A DNA stretch of 58,857 nt, from positions 1-58,857 of the forward strand of contig JALTHG010000065.1 in NCBI GenBank assembly GCA_027004715.1. Reading direction: 5' to 3'. The stretch is from Deltaproteobacteria bacterium. GTDB taxonomy: Bacteria; Desulfobacterota; Dissulfuribacteria; Dissulfuribacterales; UBA3076. The translations under genes were made by a program, and so were the position numbers. Numbering within the stretch: position 1 is the first letter of the stretch; the number at the start of each line of letters is the position of its first letter. Shown here piece after piece: positions 40,746 to 51,356 of the stretch. The notes beneath the pieces are model-generated. The model had not been told where the DNA came from. It did no database searches and worked only from the letters and a program-made list of their open reading frames with translations.

Positions 40746-42913
40746 TGTCTGAATTAAATGTTGCATTCCTGTGGCACATGCATCAGCCTCTGTACCTCGA
40801 TCCCCTGAAAGAGCATTTTGCAATGCCATGGGTCAGGCTCCATGCCGTCAAGGCCTATACAGACATGATAGCATGTCTAGACTCCAGACCAGAGGCAAAG
40901 GTGACCTTTAATCTAGTGCCATCTCTTATCCTTCAGGTCCAGTCCTATCTACAGGGTAAGACCGATGACTTTTTGGACCTGAGCAGACGTCCTGCATCTG
41001 AGCTGTCTCCCTCAGATAAAGAATTTATCCTGACACACTTCTTTAGCTGTCATTGGCCCACAATGATAGAACCCTATCAGAGATACTCTCAGCTCCTTGG
41101 GCTACGTGGTCGAAAGTTCAATCCATCCTCTGATTCCCTGACCATAAAAGAATTCTCAACGCAGGACTATCTGGATCTCCAGGTCTGGTTCAATCTCACC
41201 TGGGTGGGGTTTTCTTCCAGGGGTCATCCCCTGATAAGCTCTCTCCTTCAAAAGGGTCGTATGTTCAGTGAAAGGGAAAAGCTGGACCTCTTGGACTTTC
41301 ATTCCGAGCTTATGAGAGGGCTTATACCCCGATACACTTCAAAGTGGATTGACGGACAGATAGAGATCAGTACCAGTCCATTCTATCATCCTATCTTACC
41401 TCTGCTTATCGATACAGACCTTGGGAGACGGCCCAGGCCAGAGACCAGACTCCCACCGCGCTTTACCCATCCAGAAGATGCCAGGGCACAACTGGAAATG
41501 GGCAGGGAGTTCTGTAGGGATGTCTTTGGCCAGGGCCCTGTAGGCTTGTGGCCATCAGAGGGGTCTGTAGCACCTGAACTCGTCCCCCTCGTTGAAGGGG
41601 CAGGCTTTTCCTGGGCAGCAACTGACGAGGCCATCCTATACAATTCAGTAGGACAGAGGACAGAGCAGACGCTCTTTCAGCCATATAGACTAGAGATAGA
41701 TGGCTCCTCGATCGACATGGTATTTCGTCATCATGAGCTCTCAGACCTGATAGGCTTTGTGTATCAGAAAAATGACCCTCAGGATGCAGTCTCTGACTTC
41801 ATCTCCAGGCTGAATGGGATCTCCAGGGGTCTCCAGGGAATGGACCGTCCGCCTCTTGTGGCCGTGATCCTGGATGGAGAAAATCCGTGGGAATACTATC
41901 GTGACAGTGGGTGGTCCTTCCTGACAGGTCTTTACGACACAATTATCAGGGAACCAGGGCTCAGGCTTGTGACTATTGGTCAGTATCTGGATGAATATCC
42001 CCCAACAATTACACTGAATCACCTGGATACAGGCTCATGGATAAATAAAGACTTTGGCATATGGATCGGTGGACAGGAAGAGAACCGTGCATGGGAGGCA
42101 CTTGGTCACGCAAGAAAGGCCCTGGATGATGCCCAGAAAAGGGGAGTGGCAGAAGAGGCCCTGAAGACAGCCAGGGAGTCTGTCTTTGCGGCAGAGGGCA
42201 GTGACTGGTTCTGGTGGTATGGGGATAAATTTGCAAGTGACTATATCTATGGATTTGACTTTCTCTTTAGGACCCACCTAAAGAAGGTCTATAAGGCCCT
42301 CAATATCCCAGTCCCTGAGGAACTTCTGGTCTCGATCAGAAGGCCAAGGCCAGTGGTCCCAACTGACAGTCCCACGAGCTTTATACATCCGAAGATCGAT
42401 GGCCGTATGAGCTATTATTGGGAGTGGGTAGGTGCGGGCCTATTTACCCTGACGAATCAGGATAATACCATGTATTCTGGCATGGCTCTTCTATCTGAGG
42501 TGTTTTATGGCTTTGACCTTGATCGTCTCTATCTCAGGATCGACCCAAGAAGACGCTGTTTTGAGGACTGGGATACAGACCTTGTGCTCAAGATAACTGT
42601 AACTTCCAGGAAGGTAGTAGTGGCCATTGAGCTGATTCCCCGTGAGCATCCTGATCTCTCAACAGGTAACATAAAGACCTCAAGAGATGGGAAATTCATT
42701 GCTCCTCAGGAGAGCGGTATAGAATGTGCAGTAGATGAAATAGTAGAACTGGCAGTACCCTTTGTGCTTTTGGAGGCATTCTCTGGAGATAAATTGACTT
42801 TTTGTATAGAAACAGTACAGAGTAGATTGGTGAGAGAGAGATGGCCTCAAGAGGGATATATAATGTTTCATGTGCCTGACAGGGATTTTGAACGCAGGCT
42901 GTGGTTGGTCTGA
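40745..42913 (+). CDS. Glycoside hydrolase family 57 protein (alpha-glucan-active, long form with C-terminal domain)
   Basis: 722 aa with the N-terminal FLWHMHQPLY GH57 hallmark, DGENPWEY and GSDWFWWYG. The start ATG shares one nt with the dksA TAA (TAATG). Confidence 0.8.
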   Translation: MSELNVAFLWHMHQPLYLDPLKEHFAMPWVRLHAVKAYTDMIACLDSRPEAKVTFNLVPSLILQVQSYLQGKTDDFLDLSRRPASELSPSDKEFILTHFFSCHWPTMIEPYQRYSQLLGLRGRKFNPSSDSLTIKEFSTQDYLDLQVWFNLTWVGFSSRGHPLISSLLQKGRMFSEREKLDLLDFHSELMRGLIPRYTSKWIDGQIEISTSPFYHPILPLLIDTDLGRRPRPETRLPPRFTHPEDARAQLEMGREFCRDVFGQGPVGLWPSEGSVAPELVPLVEGAGFSWAATDEAILYNSVGQRTEQTLFQPYRLEIDGSSIDMVFRHHELSDLIGFVYQKNDPQDAVSDFISRLNGISRGLQGMDRPPLVAVILDGENPWEYYRDSGWSFLTGLYDTIIREPGLRLVTIGQYLDEYPPTITLNHLDTGSWINKDFGIWIGGQEENRAWEALGHARKALDDAQKRGVAEEALKTARESVFAAEGSDWFWWYGDKFASDYIYGFDFLFRTHLKKVYKALNIPVPEELLVSIRRPRPVVPTDSPTSFIHPKIDGRMSYYWEWVGAGLFTLTNQDNTMYSGMALLSEVFYGFDLDRLYLRIDPRRRCFEDWDTDLVLKITVTSRKVVVAIELIPREHPDLSTGNIKTSRDGKFIAPQESGIECAVDEIVELAVPFVLLEAFSGDKLTFCIETVQSRLVRERWPQEGYIMFHVPDRDFERRLWLV

Positions 42914-42948
42914 ACAAGACCGAATAGAAATTATGGTTGGAAGTTCTG

Positions 42949-43950
42949 ATGCCTGAATTACGTAAAGACCCTATTCTGGGGCAATGGGTCATCATTGCCA
43001 GAGAGAGAAGAAAGCGTCCTTATGACTTTGTCATCAAGGAAGAGAAGACAAAGGGGGGATTTTGTCCTCTATGCCCTGGCAATGAACATACCACCCCACC
43101 AGAGGTCCTGGCCTATGGACGTCCTGCCTATTCGCCTGATGGGCCTGGATGGACCCTGAGGGTAGTCCCAAACAAATTCCCTGCACTGGTCATAGAGGGA
43201 GACCTAAACAAGGAAGGCGAAGGCATCTATGACAAGATGAATGGGATTGGTGCACACGAGGTCATAATAGAGACCCCCAGACACGATGAGACCATCTCTA
43301 TGATGTCACACGATCAGCTTATCCAGCTCTTCTGGGCATATAGGGACAGGATGGTAGATCTGGGAAATGATTCCCGCTTTCGTTATATAATGGTCTTCAA
43401 AAATTTTGGGCAGGCAGCAGGGGCATCATTAGAGCATTCCCATTCTCAGCTCATTGCCCTGCCTATTGTGCCCTATCGTATACAGGAGGAGATCAAGAGT
43501 TCCCTGCGTTACTTTGAGTACAAAGAGCGTTGTGTCTTTTGTGACATCATCCATCAGGAAAAGGTACAAAATCTGAGAATAGTATGTGAAAACAATGATT
43601 TTATCACAATATGTCCATTTGCGCCCCGTGCCCCATTCGAGATGTGGGTGATGCCAAAGAGACACCAGTCTTCATATGTCTCTATGGGTGATGCCGAATT
43701 CCATTCACTGACAGACCTCTTTTTGGAGACAATGAAGCGCCTTGACAGGGCCTTGCCTGGGGTCCCATACAATTACATGCTGCATACTGCTCCAATACGC
43801 ACTCCATCTCTAGAGTACTATCACTGGCATATAGAGATAATGCCTAAAGTGACCATGATAGCAGGCTTTGAATGGGGGACTGGATTTTATATAAATCCTA
43901 CGCCACCTGAGGAGTCTGCAGAGTTTATGCGAGACATTGTTCTAGATTGA
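42949..43950 (+). CDS. galT: GalT-type hexose-1-phosphate nucleotidyltransferase (HIT superfamily branch III)
   Basis: MPELRKDPILGQWVIIA, Zn site CPLCPGNE, and active-site HSHSQ (HxHxQ). The track start at 42937 is a TTG 4 codons upstream. Confidence 0.75.
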   Translation: MPELRKDPILGQWVIIARERRKRPYDFVIKEEKTKGGFCPLCPGNEHTTPPEVLAYGRPAYSPDGPGWTLRVVPNKFPALVIEGDLNKEGEGIYDKMNGIGAHEVIIETPRHDETISMMSHDQLIQLFWAYRDRMVDLGNDSRFRYIMVFKNFGQAAGASLEHSHSQLIALPIVPYRIQEEIKSSLRYFEYKERCVFCDIIHQEKVQNLRIVCENNDFITICPFAPRAPFEMWVMPKRHQSSYVSMGDAEFHSLTDLFLETMKRLDRALPGVPYNYMLHTAPIRTPSLEYYHWHIEIMPKVTMIAGFEWGTGFYINPTPPEESAEFMRDIVLD

Positions 43951-44034
43951 GTCATATAAGATGGATACGTGAAGGCATTGAGAAAGATTAGTCTTTGATA
44001 AGGATCAAGGACACCCATAGGAGGTATAGTCTCT

Positions 44035-44400
44035 ATGGACAAAGACAAAAAGAAGATTCTTGTAATTGACGATGAAGAAAGTATACACCTCCTCTACAAA
44101 GAGGAATTGGAAGAAGAGGGTTATGAGGTCTATTCGGCAATAGATGGAGAGGAAGGTCTTAAAAAGTTTCATGAGCTGAGGCCAGACCTGGTCATCCTGG
44201 ACATAAATATGCCAGGTATGGACGGTATAGATGTACTCCGTCAGATGAAACAGGAAAGGCCTGGCGTGCCTGTCATCTTGAATTCCGCCTATCCTGAATA
44301 TAAACAGGACCTGGCTTCTTGGGCATCAGATGACTATATAGTCAAGTCCTTTAACCTGGATGCCCTCAAGGATTCAGTGCGCAGGCATCTGACAAAATAG
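44035..44400 (+). CDS. Single-domain response regulator (CheY-like receiver)
   Basis: 121 aa with VIDDE, phospho-acceptor LVILDINMPGMDG, and a conserved Ser and Lys (LNSAY, KSF). Confidence 0.85.
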   Translation: MDKDKKKILVIDDEESIHLLYKEELEEEGYEVYSAIDGEEGLKKFHELRPDLVILDINMPGMDGIDVLRQMKQERPGVPVILNSAYPEYKQDLASWASDDYIVKSFNLDALKDSVRRHLTK

Positions 44401-44548
44401 CAGTCAATAGGCCTCACTTGTCTCTTTAGCTGACTGTTGGCTCGTAACTGTCCACATCCTGGCCAGAGGGGTATGGACGGTTACGTTGACTCTATTCTGC
44501 ACGGTAAGATTATGTATTTTGATTTGAGTTATCCAAGGGGAAGAGAAG

Positions 44549-45505
44549 TTGTCTGGACCACAAGTAAGCTCTCTGTCTGATGTACCACAGGAATTTCAGC
44601 GGCTTTTAATCGTAGATGACGATCCCATCATACTGGATCTGTTAACAGAGTTTTTTTCTTCTCTGGATTACCAGTATCGCACGGCAAGAAATGGCCTTGA
44701 GGCCATATCTCTGCTAGAGCAGGCCCCCAGCACCATTGTAATCACTGATCTCCTGATGCCTGAAATGAATGGGATGGAGCTCATCTCAGAAATTAAGAGC
44801 CGTTGGCCTGATATTGACATCATAGTAGTGACAGGATATGGTCGAGAGTTCAGCTATACCGATGTCATAAAGGCCGGGGCAAGCGACTTTATCAAGAAGC
44901 CCTTTGATCTAAATGAGCTAGAGGCCAAACTCAACAGAGTTATAAGAGAACGCAGGCTCAGGTCTCTATTGAAGCGATCTTCCATAAGAGATGCCCTGAC
45001 CGATCTCTATAACAGGCGCTTTTTTGACCAGAGGCTGACAGAAGAGGTAGAGAGGGCTACTCGTCAAGATTATTCCCTCTGTCTGATTATATTAGACCTG
45101 GACAGATTTAAAAGACTAAATGATAGCCTGGGCCATCAGATAGGCGATGAGGTACTCCAGGCTCTGGCCGATATCTTAAAGAGATCCATCAGGCACTGTG
45201 TTGATATCCCCTTTCGTTACGGTGGAGATGAATTTGCCGTAATTACCCCCTATGTCGATACATGGGGGGCGAGACAGATAGCAGAGCGTATACGGCACAA
45301 CTACATAGATGACGACAAGAGGCGAGAGACTACACTCAGCTTGGGTATCTCTTCCTTCAAGAGGACGCAGCAGTCTCTGGGCGAAGACATCAGCGCATTT
45401 ATACAGAGGGCTGACAGTGCGATGTATGCTGCAAAGAGAGCAGGAGGTAACAGGACAGTAATCTATGGAGAGCCAGAGAGAGTTCCCCAGTTCACTGGGC
45501 TGTAA
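44549..45505 (+). CDS. Response regulator receiver-GGDEF diguanylate cyclase
   Basis: 318 aa with REC (IVDDD, VITDLLMPEMNG) followed by GGDEF (DALTDLYNRRFF, DLDRFKRLND, RYGGDEFAV). TTG start. Confidence 0.85.
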   Translation: MSGPQVSSLSDVPQEFQRLLIVDDDPIILDLLTEFFSSLDYQYRTARNGLEAISLLEQAPSTIVITDLLMPEMNGMELISEIKSRWPDIDIIVVTGYGREFSYTDVIKAGASDFIKKPFDLNELEAKLNRVIRERRLRSLLKRSSIRDALTDLYNRRFFDQRLTEEVERATRQDYSLCLIILDLDRFKRLNDSLGHQIGDEVLQALADILKRSIRHCVDIPFRYGGDEFAVITPYVDTWGARQIAERIRHNYIDDDKRRETTLSLGISSFKRTQQSLGEDISAFIQRADSAMYAAKRAGGNRTVIYGEPERVPQFTGL

Positions 45506-45512
45506 GTGCCTG

Positions 45513-46022
45513 TTACAGAGATACAGGACAGGCAGACCTCTTACCCCTGACAAAGAGGCAATAATCTCTCAGGATCCTCGAGTGATCGAATACCAAGTTA
45601 TCAGGTATCTCCTCAATCCTAAATACTGAGACCTTGGCCGCATCATCTCCTGCCCTGGGAGTGCCATAGCTATCTGCAATGAATACCGTGCTTATGGTGT
45701 GTTGTCTTGGGTCTCGTCTTGGGTCTGAATATACCCCAAGTTGTTGTATGAGTCTGACCTCCAGGCCGGTCTCTTCCATGGCCTCTCTACGTGCAGCATC
45801 TTCAACACTCTCACCATAGTCTACAAATCCACCAGGAATTGCAAGCCCTATAGGAGGATTCTTTCTCTCAATTAAGACTATACCCTGCTTCAACTGTATG
45901 ATGATGTCTACAGTGGGTACAGGATTGGCATAGATGCGTATCTTCTCACCACATTTAGGACACTCTATTATACGATAGGTACTCATAAGTCGTAGTTCAC
46001 ACCCCCTGTTGAATCTCAACAC
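45513..46022 (-). CDS. NUDIX hydrolase with N-terminal zinc-ribbon
   Basis: Nudix box [24 protein letters not shown] and an N-terminal CPKCGEK. The true start may be ATG 45986 ([13 protein letters not shown]) rather than GTG 46022. Confidence 0.8.
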   Translation of the reverse strand: MLRFNRGCELRLMSTYRIIECPKCGEKIRIYANPVPTVDIIIQLKQGIVLIERKNPPIGLAIPGGFVDYGESVEDAARREAMEETGLEVRLIQQLGVYSDPRRDPRQHTISTVFIADSYGTPRAGDDAAKVSVFRIEEIPDNLVFDHSRILRDYCLFVRGKRSACPVSL

Positions 46023-49000
46023 TAGGCAACTGTGGGCCTTTCCACCAGGTCTACAGAGACCAGCTTTGATATCCCCTTGTCTTCCATAGTGACTCCATAT
46101 AGAGTATCTGCGACCTCCATGATCTTTTGGTTGTGGGTTATAAGTATTACCTGAGACTGCTCTGAAATCCTCTTTATAAGCCGATTGAATCGTATGATAT
46201 TGGCCTCATCGAGTGCGGCATCTACCTCATCCAGCAGGCAGAAGGGACTGGGCTTTATGAGATAAATGGCAGAGACTAGGGCCATGGCAGCCATGGTCTT
46301 TTCTCCCCCAGAGAGGAGGTTTAGGTGCTGGATCCTCTTTCCTGGGAGCCTTATCAGGTAGTCCAGACCTGCATCCAGGACACTGCCGCCCTGGATAAGG
46401 CTCAGCTCTGCAGTCCCCCCTTCAAAGAGCATAGGAAAGACCTCAGAGAGGCTCTTGTTTACTGAGTCCAGGGCCTTTTTAAACCTGGCCCTGCATATAT
46501 GGTCAATCCGTCTGATGGCCTGCTCAAGGTCCCTAATGGATCCTAAGAGGTCTTCTTTTTGGGAATTGAGGCGATCGCGCCTCTCTTTGATCTCCCTATA
46601 TTCCTCAACGGCTCCGAGGTTTACTGGCCCAAGTTGGTCTATGGTCCTGGCTATTTCTCTGATCCGTTTCTGTGCCACATCAGGAGAGAAGTCAGTGATG
46701 TGCCAGGCATCACAGTATGCCTCTATGTCCTTCTGGTGTCGTTCCTGGGCCGTCTTCTTCAGATATATGAGGGACTGCCTCACCTCGGAGAGGGCAACTT
46801 CATTCCTGTGGACCTGCCCCTCGATCTCCCTGACCTGCCCCTCGATCTCCCTGATCCTGACCTCTACAGAGGCAAGTGCCTGTCGGATCTGATTATAGCC
46901 TTCTTCTGCCTCTTTCAGGCGCCCCTTTGCCTTGTAGATCTCTTTTTCCTGTAGGTCTATCTCTATATGTATCTCTTTGAGAGACCCTATCCTCTCTCCG
47001 ATATGCCCCTCTAGCCCCTGTCTCTCTTTCAAGAGGGCATCCCGCTCCTGGGCCAACCTGGCCTTTCGATCTGCAAGCCTCTGGATCTCTCTCTCTCTTT
47101 CCTGAATCTGGGTCTGTATGCGTGCCAGCTCTATCCTGTGCGCTTCAAGGGCCTTTCTTCTACGAGAGAGGACCTGTGTCTGCTGTCTCAAGGCATCTGT
47201 ACGGCCCTTTATATGTCCTTCGGCCTCAGCCCTGGCTGCACTGGCGGTCTGGATCTGCCCCTCCAGTTCTCCAAGAGACGTCTCCAGCCCATGTATCTCT
47301 TCTCTGATCTGTTCAAGCTCGAAACCTATATGCTGAGACCTGTCTCTCTTGGACTCGAGCTTTACGAGGACCCTATCTCTCTCTCCCTTTTGACTGCCCA
47401 GGGTCTCCAGGACCTGTCTCTTTTCTTTATTGATCTCTTTGAGTTGGGTCTCTGCCTCCAAAAGGACCCCCCTTATCTCCTCCTCTTGACGACATATCTG
47501 GCCATAGGCCCTATTAAGCCCCTCTTCTCGGGAAGTCAGCCTGGAGATCTCGGCCCTTCTGACAAGGATCCCTGAGGAGTCACCCTGACCTACAAAGACC
47601 AGCTCACCCCACGGAGTGAGGACCTCACCATCCCTGGTGATATAGAAGGAGTCCTGATCACTGGCAATATCGTGTCTAAGGGCTGTCTTTAGATCAGGTA
47701 CCAGTTTCCAATGACTCAGGAGATCTGCTACCACTGTGTCAACTGGGGACCTCGCCCTCACGAGCTCAAGGAGTGTGCCTCTTGTCTCTCCCCTTGGCCT
47801 AGAGCCAGTCCTGGGTATGATCAGGCTCACCTTTCCCCCTGCCTGGTCCCTGAGGAGAGCAACTGCCCTGTCCAATGTCTCCATATCTGGCACTACTATG
47901 GCCTGAACCCCATATCCAAGTGCGATTTCTATCACGTGCTCCCATCCAGGCTCTACCTCCAGAAAGTCGGCAAGGACCCCAAGGGTATGGAGGTCTGAAT
48001 CAAGCAAGGTGTTGGTGCCCCTGCTGAGACCCTCCCCGGATGCCTCTATGGCCCTTAAGACCTTGAGCCTGGTCCTGCACGACATAAGCTCTGAATCGAT
48101 CTCATGCCTCTTCTGTGCAATCTCTGAAAGTTGTGTCTTTTGCTCAGAGATCAGGACCTCTGATCTTGCCTCATGCTGAGAGAGCTCATGCAGCCGTCCC
48201 TGGCATTTCTCTATCTCTATCTCTATACCTGTCAATATATCTTCCAGTCCTTTTATCTCTCCTGATATGGCCTGTAGCTCTCTTTCTCTCTGGTCTATGC
48301 GGCGTATGAGCCTGTCCCTCTGGTCTCTCAGGCCATTGCGTCTGCTCTCTAGCCTCGTATAGTTTGCAGTTGCATCCACAAACTGGTCCTTTACGGCCTC
48401 GAGTGAGTCCCTTAGTTGCCCTGTAATCTTTTTGGACTCTTCTACTCCCTCTACTCCACTGGATACACGGTCCAGACACAGGGCCTCTTTCCTCTTGAGA
48501 CCCTCTATCTCTTGCCTGATGGCCTTGTCCTCGAGCCCCATCTGTACCTGTCTCTCTTCAATCTCTGATAGGGTCTCCTTACTGGAGCGTAGCCTGTCTT
48601 TCTCTTCTATCAATGCCTTTTCCTGGACCGTTGCCTTCTCTCTGAGGCCCTGAAGCCCCTCCTCTGCACTGGTCAGACTATGGCGTATCCTGGCCACTTC
48701 CTCCTCTGCCTCAAGGGCCTCTATCTCCAGGTCTTCTCTCTTAGAGACCTCTTTAGAGAGCTCTGCCTCTATGCTGGAGAGTGAGACAGATAGGCCCTCT
48801 TTCTCTCTCTCCAGGGCAGTGCGTCTCTCCATCTGTATGGACCAGGTATAAGAGAGCAGGCCCTGATCCAATCTATCCTGCTCTCTGCGCAGCCCCAGAT
48901 AGTACTCAGTCCTCCCTGCCTGCCTGGAGAGAGACCTGCAGTGTCGTTCCATCTCGCTAAGCACGTCTTCCAGCCTCTCTAGATTCTGTCTGGTCTGTGA

Positions 49001-49549
49001 CATGCGCTGCTCGGCCTCGGCTCGCCTGATCTTATATTTAGATATGCCGGCCACCTCTTCGATCAGGCGCCTACGCCCTTCTGGTCCCATTTCCACAAAG
49101 GCACCTATCTGACCCTGGTCCCATATGGAATAGGCCCTGGCCCCAGCACCTGTATCCATAAAGATATAACGGATATCTTTTAATCTACAGGCCTTGCCAT
49201 TGATACGGTACTCGCTATCTCCTGACCTGTGGATGCGACGCACGATCTCTATCTCAGGGGTATCTGCGAGCCATGGAAGGGGCCTTGCCCCCTCTGTATC
49301 TATGACCAGATGGACCTCGGCCATATCGATCCGCCTCTTACCGTCTCCGCTATAGATACAGTCATCCATGCTCCTGGCCCTGAGTATATTTGGACTCTGT
49401 TCCCCTAATACCCACCTGATGGCGTCCATGATATTGGATTTACCACAGCCGTTGGGTCCGACTATGGCGACTATGCCCTTAGTAAATGAGACCTTTGTAC
49501 GTGCAGGAAAGGACTTGAATCCAAAGAGGGTCAGGGAATTGAGTCGCAT
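46022..49549 (-). CDS. smc: Chromosome segregation protein SMC
   Basis: 1175 aa with Walker [10 protein letters not shown], long coiled coils around a central hinge, signature LSGGEKT and Walker [11 protein letters not shown]. Confidence 0.95.
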   Translation of the reverse strand: MRLNSLTLFGFKSFPARTKVSFTKGIVAIVGPNGCGKSNIMDAIRWVLGEQSPNILRARSMDDCIYSGDGKRRIDMAEVHLVIDTEGARPLPWLADTPEIEIVRRIHRSGDSEYRINGKACRLKDIRYIFMDTGAGARAYSIWDQGQIGAFVEMGPEGRRRLIEEVAGISKYKIRRAEAEQRMSQTRQNLERLEDVLSEMERHCRSLSRQAGRTEYYLGLRREQDRLDQGLLSYTWSIQMERRTALEREKEGLSVSLSSIEAELSKEVSKREDLEIEALEAEEEVARIRHSLTSAEEGLQGLREKATVQEKALIEEKDRLRSSKETLSEIEERQVQMGLEDKAIRQEIEGLKRKEALCLDRVSSGVEGVEESKKITGQLRDSLEAVKDQFVDATANYTRLESRRNGLRDQRDRLIRRIDQRERELQAISGEIKGLEDILTGIEIEIEKCQGRLHELSQHEARSEVLISEQKTQLSEIAQKRHEIDSELMSCRTRLKVLRAIEASGEGLSRGTNTLLDSDLHTLGVLADFLEVEPGWEHVIEIALGYGVQAIVVPDMETLDRAVALLRDQAGGKVSLIIPRTGSRPRGETRGTLLELVRARSPVDTVVADLLSHWKLVPDLKTALRHDIASDQDSFYITRDGEVLTPWGELVFVGQGDSSGILVRRAEISRLTSREEGLNRAYGQICRQEEEIRGVLLEAETQLKEINKEKRQVLETLGSQKGERDRVLVKLESKRDRSQHIGFELEQIREEIHGLETSLGELEGQIQTASAARAEAEGHIKGRTDALRQQTQVLSRRRKALEAHRIELARIQTQIQEREREIQRLADRKARLAQERDALLKERQGLEGHIGERIGSLKEIHIEIDLQEKEIYKAKGRLKEAEEGYNQIRQALASVEVRIREIEGQVREIEGQVHRNEVALSEVRQSLIYLKKTAQERHQKDIEAYCDAWHITDFSPDVAQKRIREIARTIDQLGPVNLGAVEEYREIKERRDRLNSQKEDLLGSIRDLEQAIRRIDHICRARFKKALDSVNKSLSEVFPMLFEGGTAELSLIQGGSVLDAGLDYLIRLPGKRIQHLNLLSGGEKTMAAMALVSAIYLIKPSPFCLLDEVDAALDEANIIRFNRLIKRISEQSQVILITHNQKIMEVADTLYGVTMEDKGISKLVSVDLVERPTVA
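46811..46852. repeat. Perfect 21-bp tandem duplication inside smc
   Basis: gacctgcccctcgatctccct occurs twice back to back. On the coding strand this gives [14 protein letters not shown] in the C-terminal coiled-coil arm. Confidence 0.9.
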
Positions 49550-49560
49550 GACATGAGTAT

Positions 49561-51294
49561 CTATCTGTAACGAATATCCCTTAGCCTGAGTTCAAGGCGT
49601 CTCCGTCCCTGCCACAGGCTGAAATAGGGCATACAGGCAAGCTCAAGCCTATCCCACGGAAGTCCCTGTTTGTCTCCCTGTCCCCATCCCAGGAGCTCCA
49701 TACTCTTTAGATATCCATTCTGTGGACCGTTTTGGGGCCTGAGAGTGAGCTTTAAGTGACCACTACCTACTACCCTTGAACTGGAGACCCTAAAGTCCTG
49801 TAGGGCCAATAGGGGTGCTGGATAGCCTGTGCCAAATGGCTCTAGTTGCGCATATAGGCGACAAAACTCGGGATCAAGAAGCTCTTCAATGCGTACAGCA
49901 CCATCGATCTCTAGCCTGGGAAATACGCCATTTTGTTCCATGGTAAGAGATGCAACCTCTTGGAAGGCCTTACGGAAGCCCTGTATTGAATTGACGGGCA
50001 GGTGCATACCTGCAGCAGCCTTGTGCCCGCCAAAGGAGGTAAGGTAATCAGCACATGCACAGAGACACTCATAGAGATTGATCCCTTCAGGACATCGGCC
50101 TGAGCCATAGGCCACATCTCCATCTAGGGCCAGGAGCACAACAGGTCTACAGAACTGTTCCACCAGCCTGGAGGCAACTATGCCTATAATTCCCCTCTTC
50201 CAGTCATGGCCTGCAAGGACATAGGCAGGCCTCTCACCAAGGGACTCTATCTCGGCCAGGGCCTCCCTCAAGATCAGTTTCTCTTCTGCCTGGCGTTCCT
50301 GATTGAGCTGATCCAGTTCATCTGCCAGGGCCATTGCATCTGCCTCACTCTCTGTAATAAGTAACCTGAAGGCCTTGTATGCATGGGCCATCCGCCCAGC
50401 GGCATTTATCCGAGGGCCAATACGAAATGCAATATCCCTGGAAGTAACATCGGAATCCAGACCACATACTGCCTTTAAGGCCCTGATACCAGGTCTGGTA
50501 CTACCACTGAGCACCTCAAGGCCTGCCCGTACCAATATGCGATTGTCTTTCAGGAGGGGGACTACGTCTGCCACGGTCCCCAAGGCCACGAGGTCCAGAT
50601 ATGACTTGAGATTGGGTACCTGTCTCCTATCCCAGTATCCCATTTTGTAGAGCCGATGTCTCAGTGCCCTGATGAGATTGAAGGCCACCCCTACTCCGGC
50701 AAGCTCCTTGAATGGAAAATGGCAGTCTGGACGCTTGGGATCTAAGACCGCTATGGCCTGCGGGAGAGAGCCAGATGGTTCGTGATGGTCAGTAATGATG
50801 ATGTCTATTCCAAGCCCTCTTGCCAGGAGGACCTCTTCATTGCTCGTGATACCGCAGTCAACCGTAATCAAGAGTCTGCAGCCCTTAGATGCACAGGCAT
50901 TGATCCCCTTGGCACTGAGTCCATAGCCATCTTCTCGATGTGGGATATAGACCTCCACATCGAGCCCGAGTCCCTTCAGGAATTTATATAGCAGGGCCGA
51001 AGAGGTGACACCATCTACATCGTAGTCTCCAAACACGGCCACCCGATCTCTTTGAAGTACTGCCCTGACCATACGGTCAGCGGCCCTGTCCATATCTTTC
51101 ATCTTCCATGGGTCACTGAGTGACTTCAAGACTGGATTCAGATGATAGTCAGCGGCCTCTGGCGTGTATATCCCACGCCGATACAGGAATCTGGCAATGA
51201 TATCAGGGAGCCCTGACTCCCTGACAAATCTGTCTAGTGCAGTATAATCCAGAGAGGCGAAGTGCCAGGGCAGTCCCAGTATTACAGAATCCAT
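49561..51294 (-). CDS. recJ: Single-stranded-DNA-specific exonuclease RecJ
   Basis: 577 aa with DHH family motifs (GDYDVDGVTS, TVDCG, ITDHHEP) and the DHHA1 GGHKAAAG motif. Confidence 0.95.
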   Translation of the reverse strand: MDSVILGLPWHFASLDYTALDRFVRESGLPDIIARFLYRRGIYTPEAADYHLNPVLKSLSDPWKMKDMDRAADRMVRAVLQRDRVAVFGDYDVDGVTSSALLYKFLKGLGLDVEVYIPHREDGYGLSAKGINACASKGCRLLITVDCGITSNEEVLLARGLGIDIIITDHHEPSGSLPQAIAVLDPKRPDCHFPFKELAGVGVAFNLIRALRHRLYKMGYWDRRQVPNLKSYLDLVALGTVADVVPLLKDNRILVRAGLEVLSGSTRPGIRALKAVCGLDSDVTSRDIAFRIGPRINAAGRMAHAYKAFRLLITESEADAMALADELDQLNQERQAEEKLILREALAEIESLGERPAYVLAGHDWKRGIIGIVASRLVEQFCRPVVLLALDGDVAYGSGRCPEGINLYECLCACADYLTSFGGHKAAAGMHLPVNSIQGFRKAFQEVASLTMEQNGVFPRLEIDGAVRIEELLDPEFCRLYAQLEPFGTGYPAPLLALQDFRVSSSRVVGSGHLKLTLRPQNGPQNGYLKSMELLGWGQGDKQGLPWDRLELACMPYFSLWQGRRRLELRLRDIRYR

Positions 51295-51356
51295 ATTAAG
51301 AGATTAACTGGGCATTAGGAGGCTGTCAATTTCCTATTTTTTTGTTATGATTTTAT

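Noticed and set aside
46811-46852. Tandem repeats here, plus the ctctat x3 at about 48208-48228, considered as CRISPR-like or minisatellite arrays.
   Set aside because: They are in-frame, intragenic (smc coiled coil) and have no spacers. No CRISPR array or cas gene exists in the window.
46022-51294. Nudix-SMC-RecJ (and MazG at 12061-12870), considered as components of a phage-defence system (Wadjet/Lamassu-like, dNTP depletion).
   Set aside because: The SMC is full-length and canonical (hinge, signature motif, 1175 aa). RecJ and MazG are canonical housekeeping forms. No JetABCD, LmuA/B, nuclease-effector or other defence partners are present, and all are embedded among core genes.
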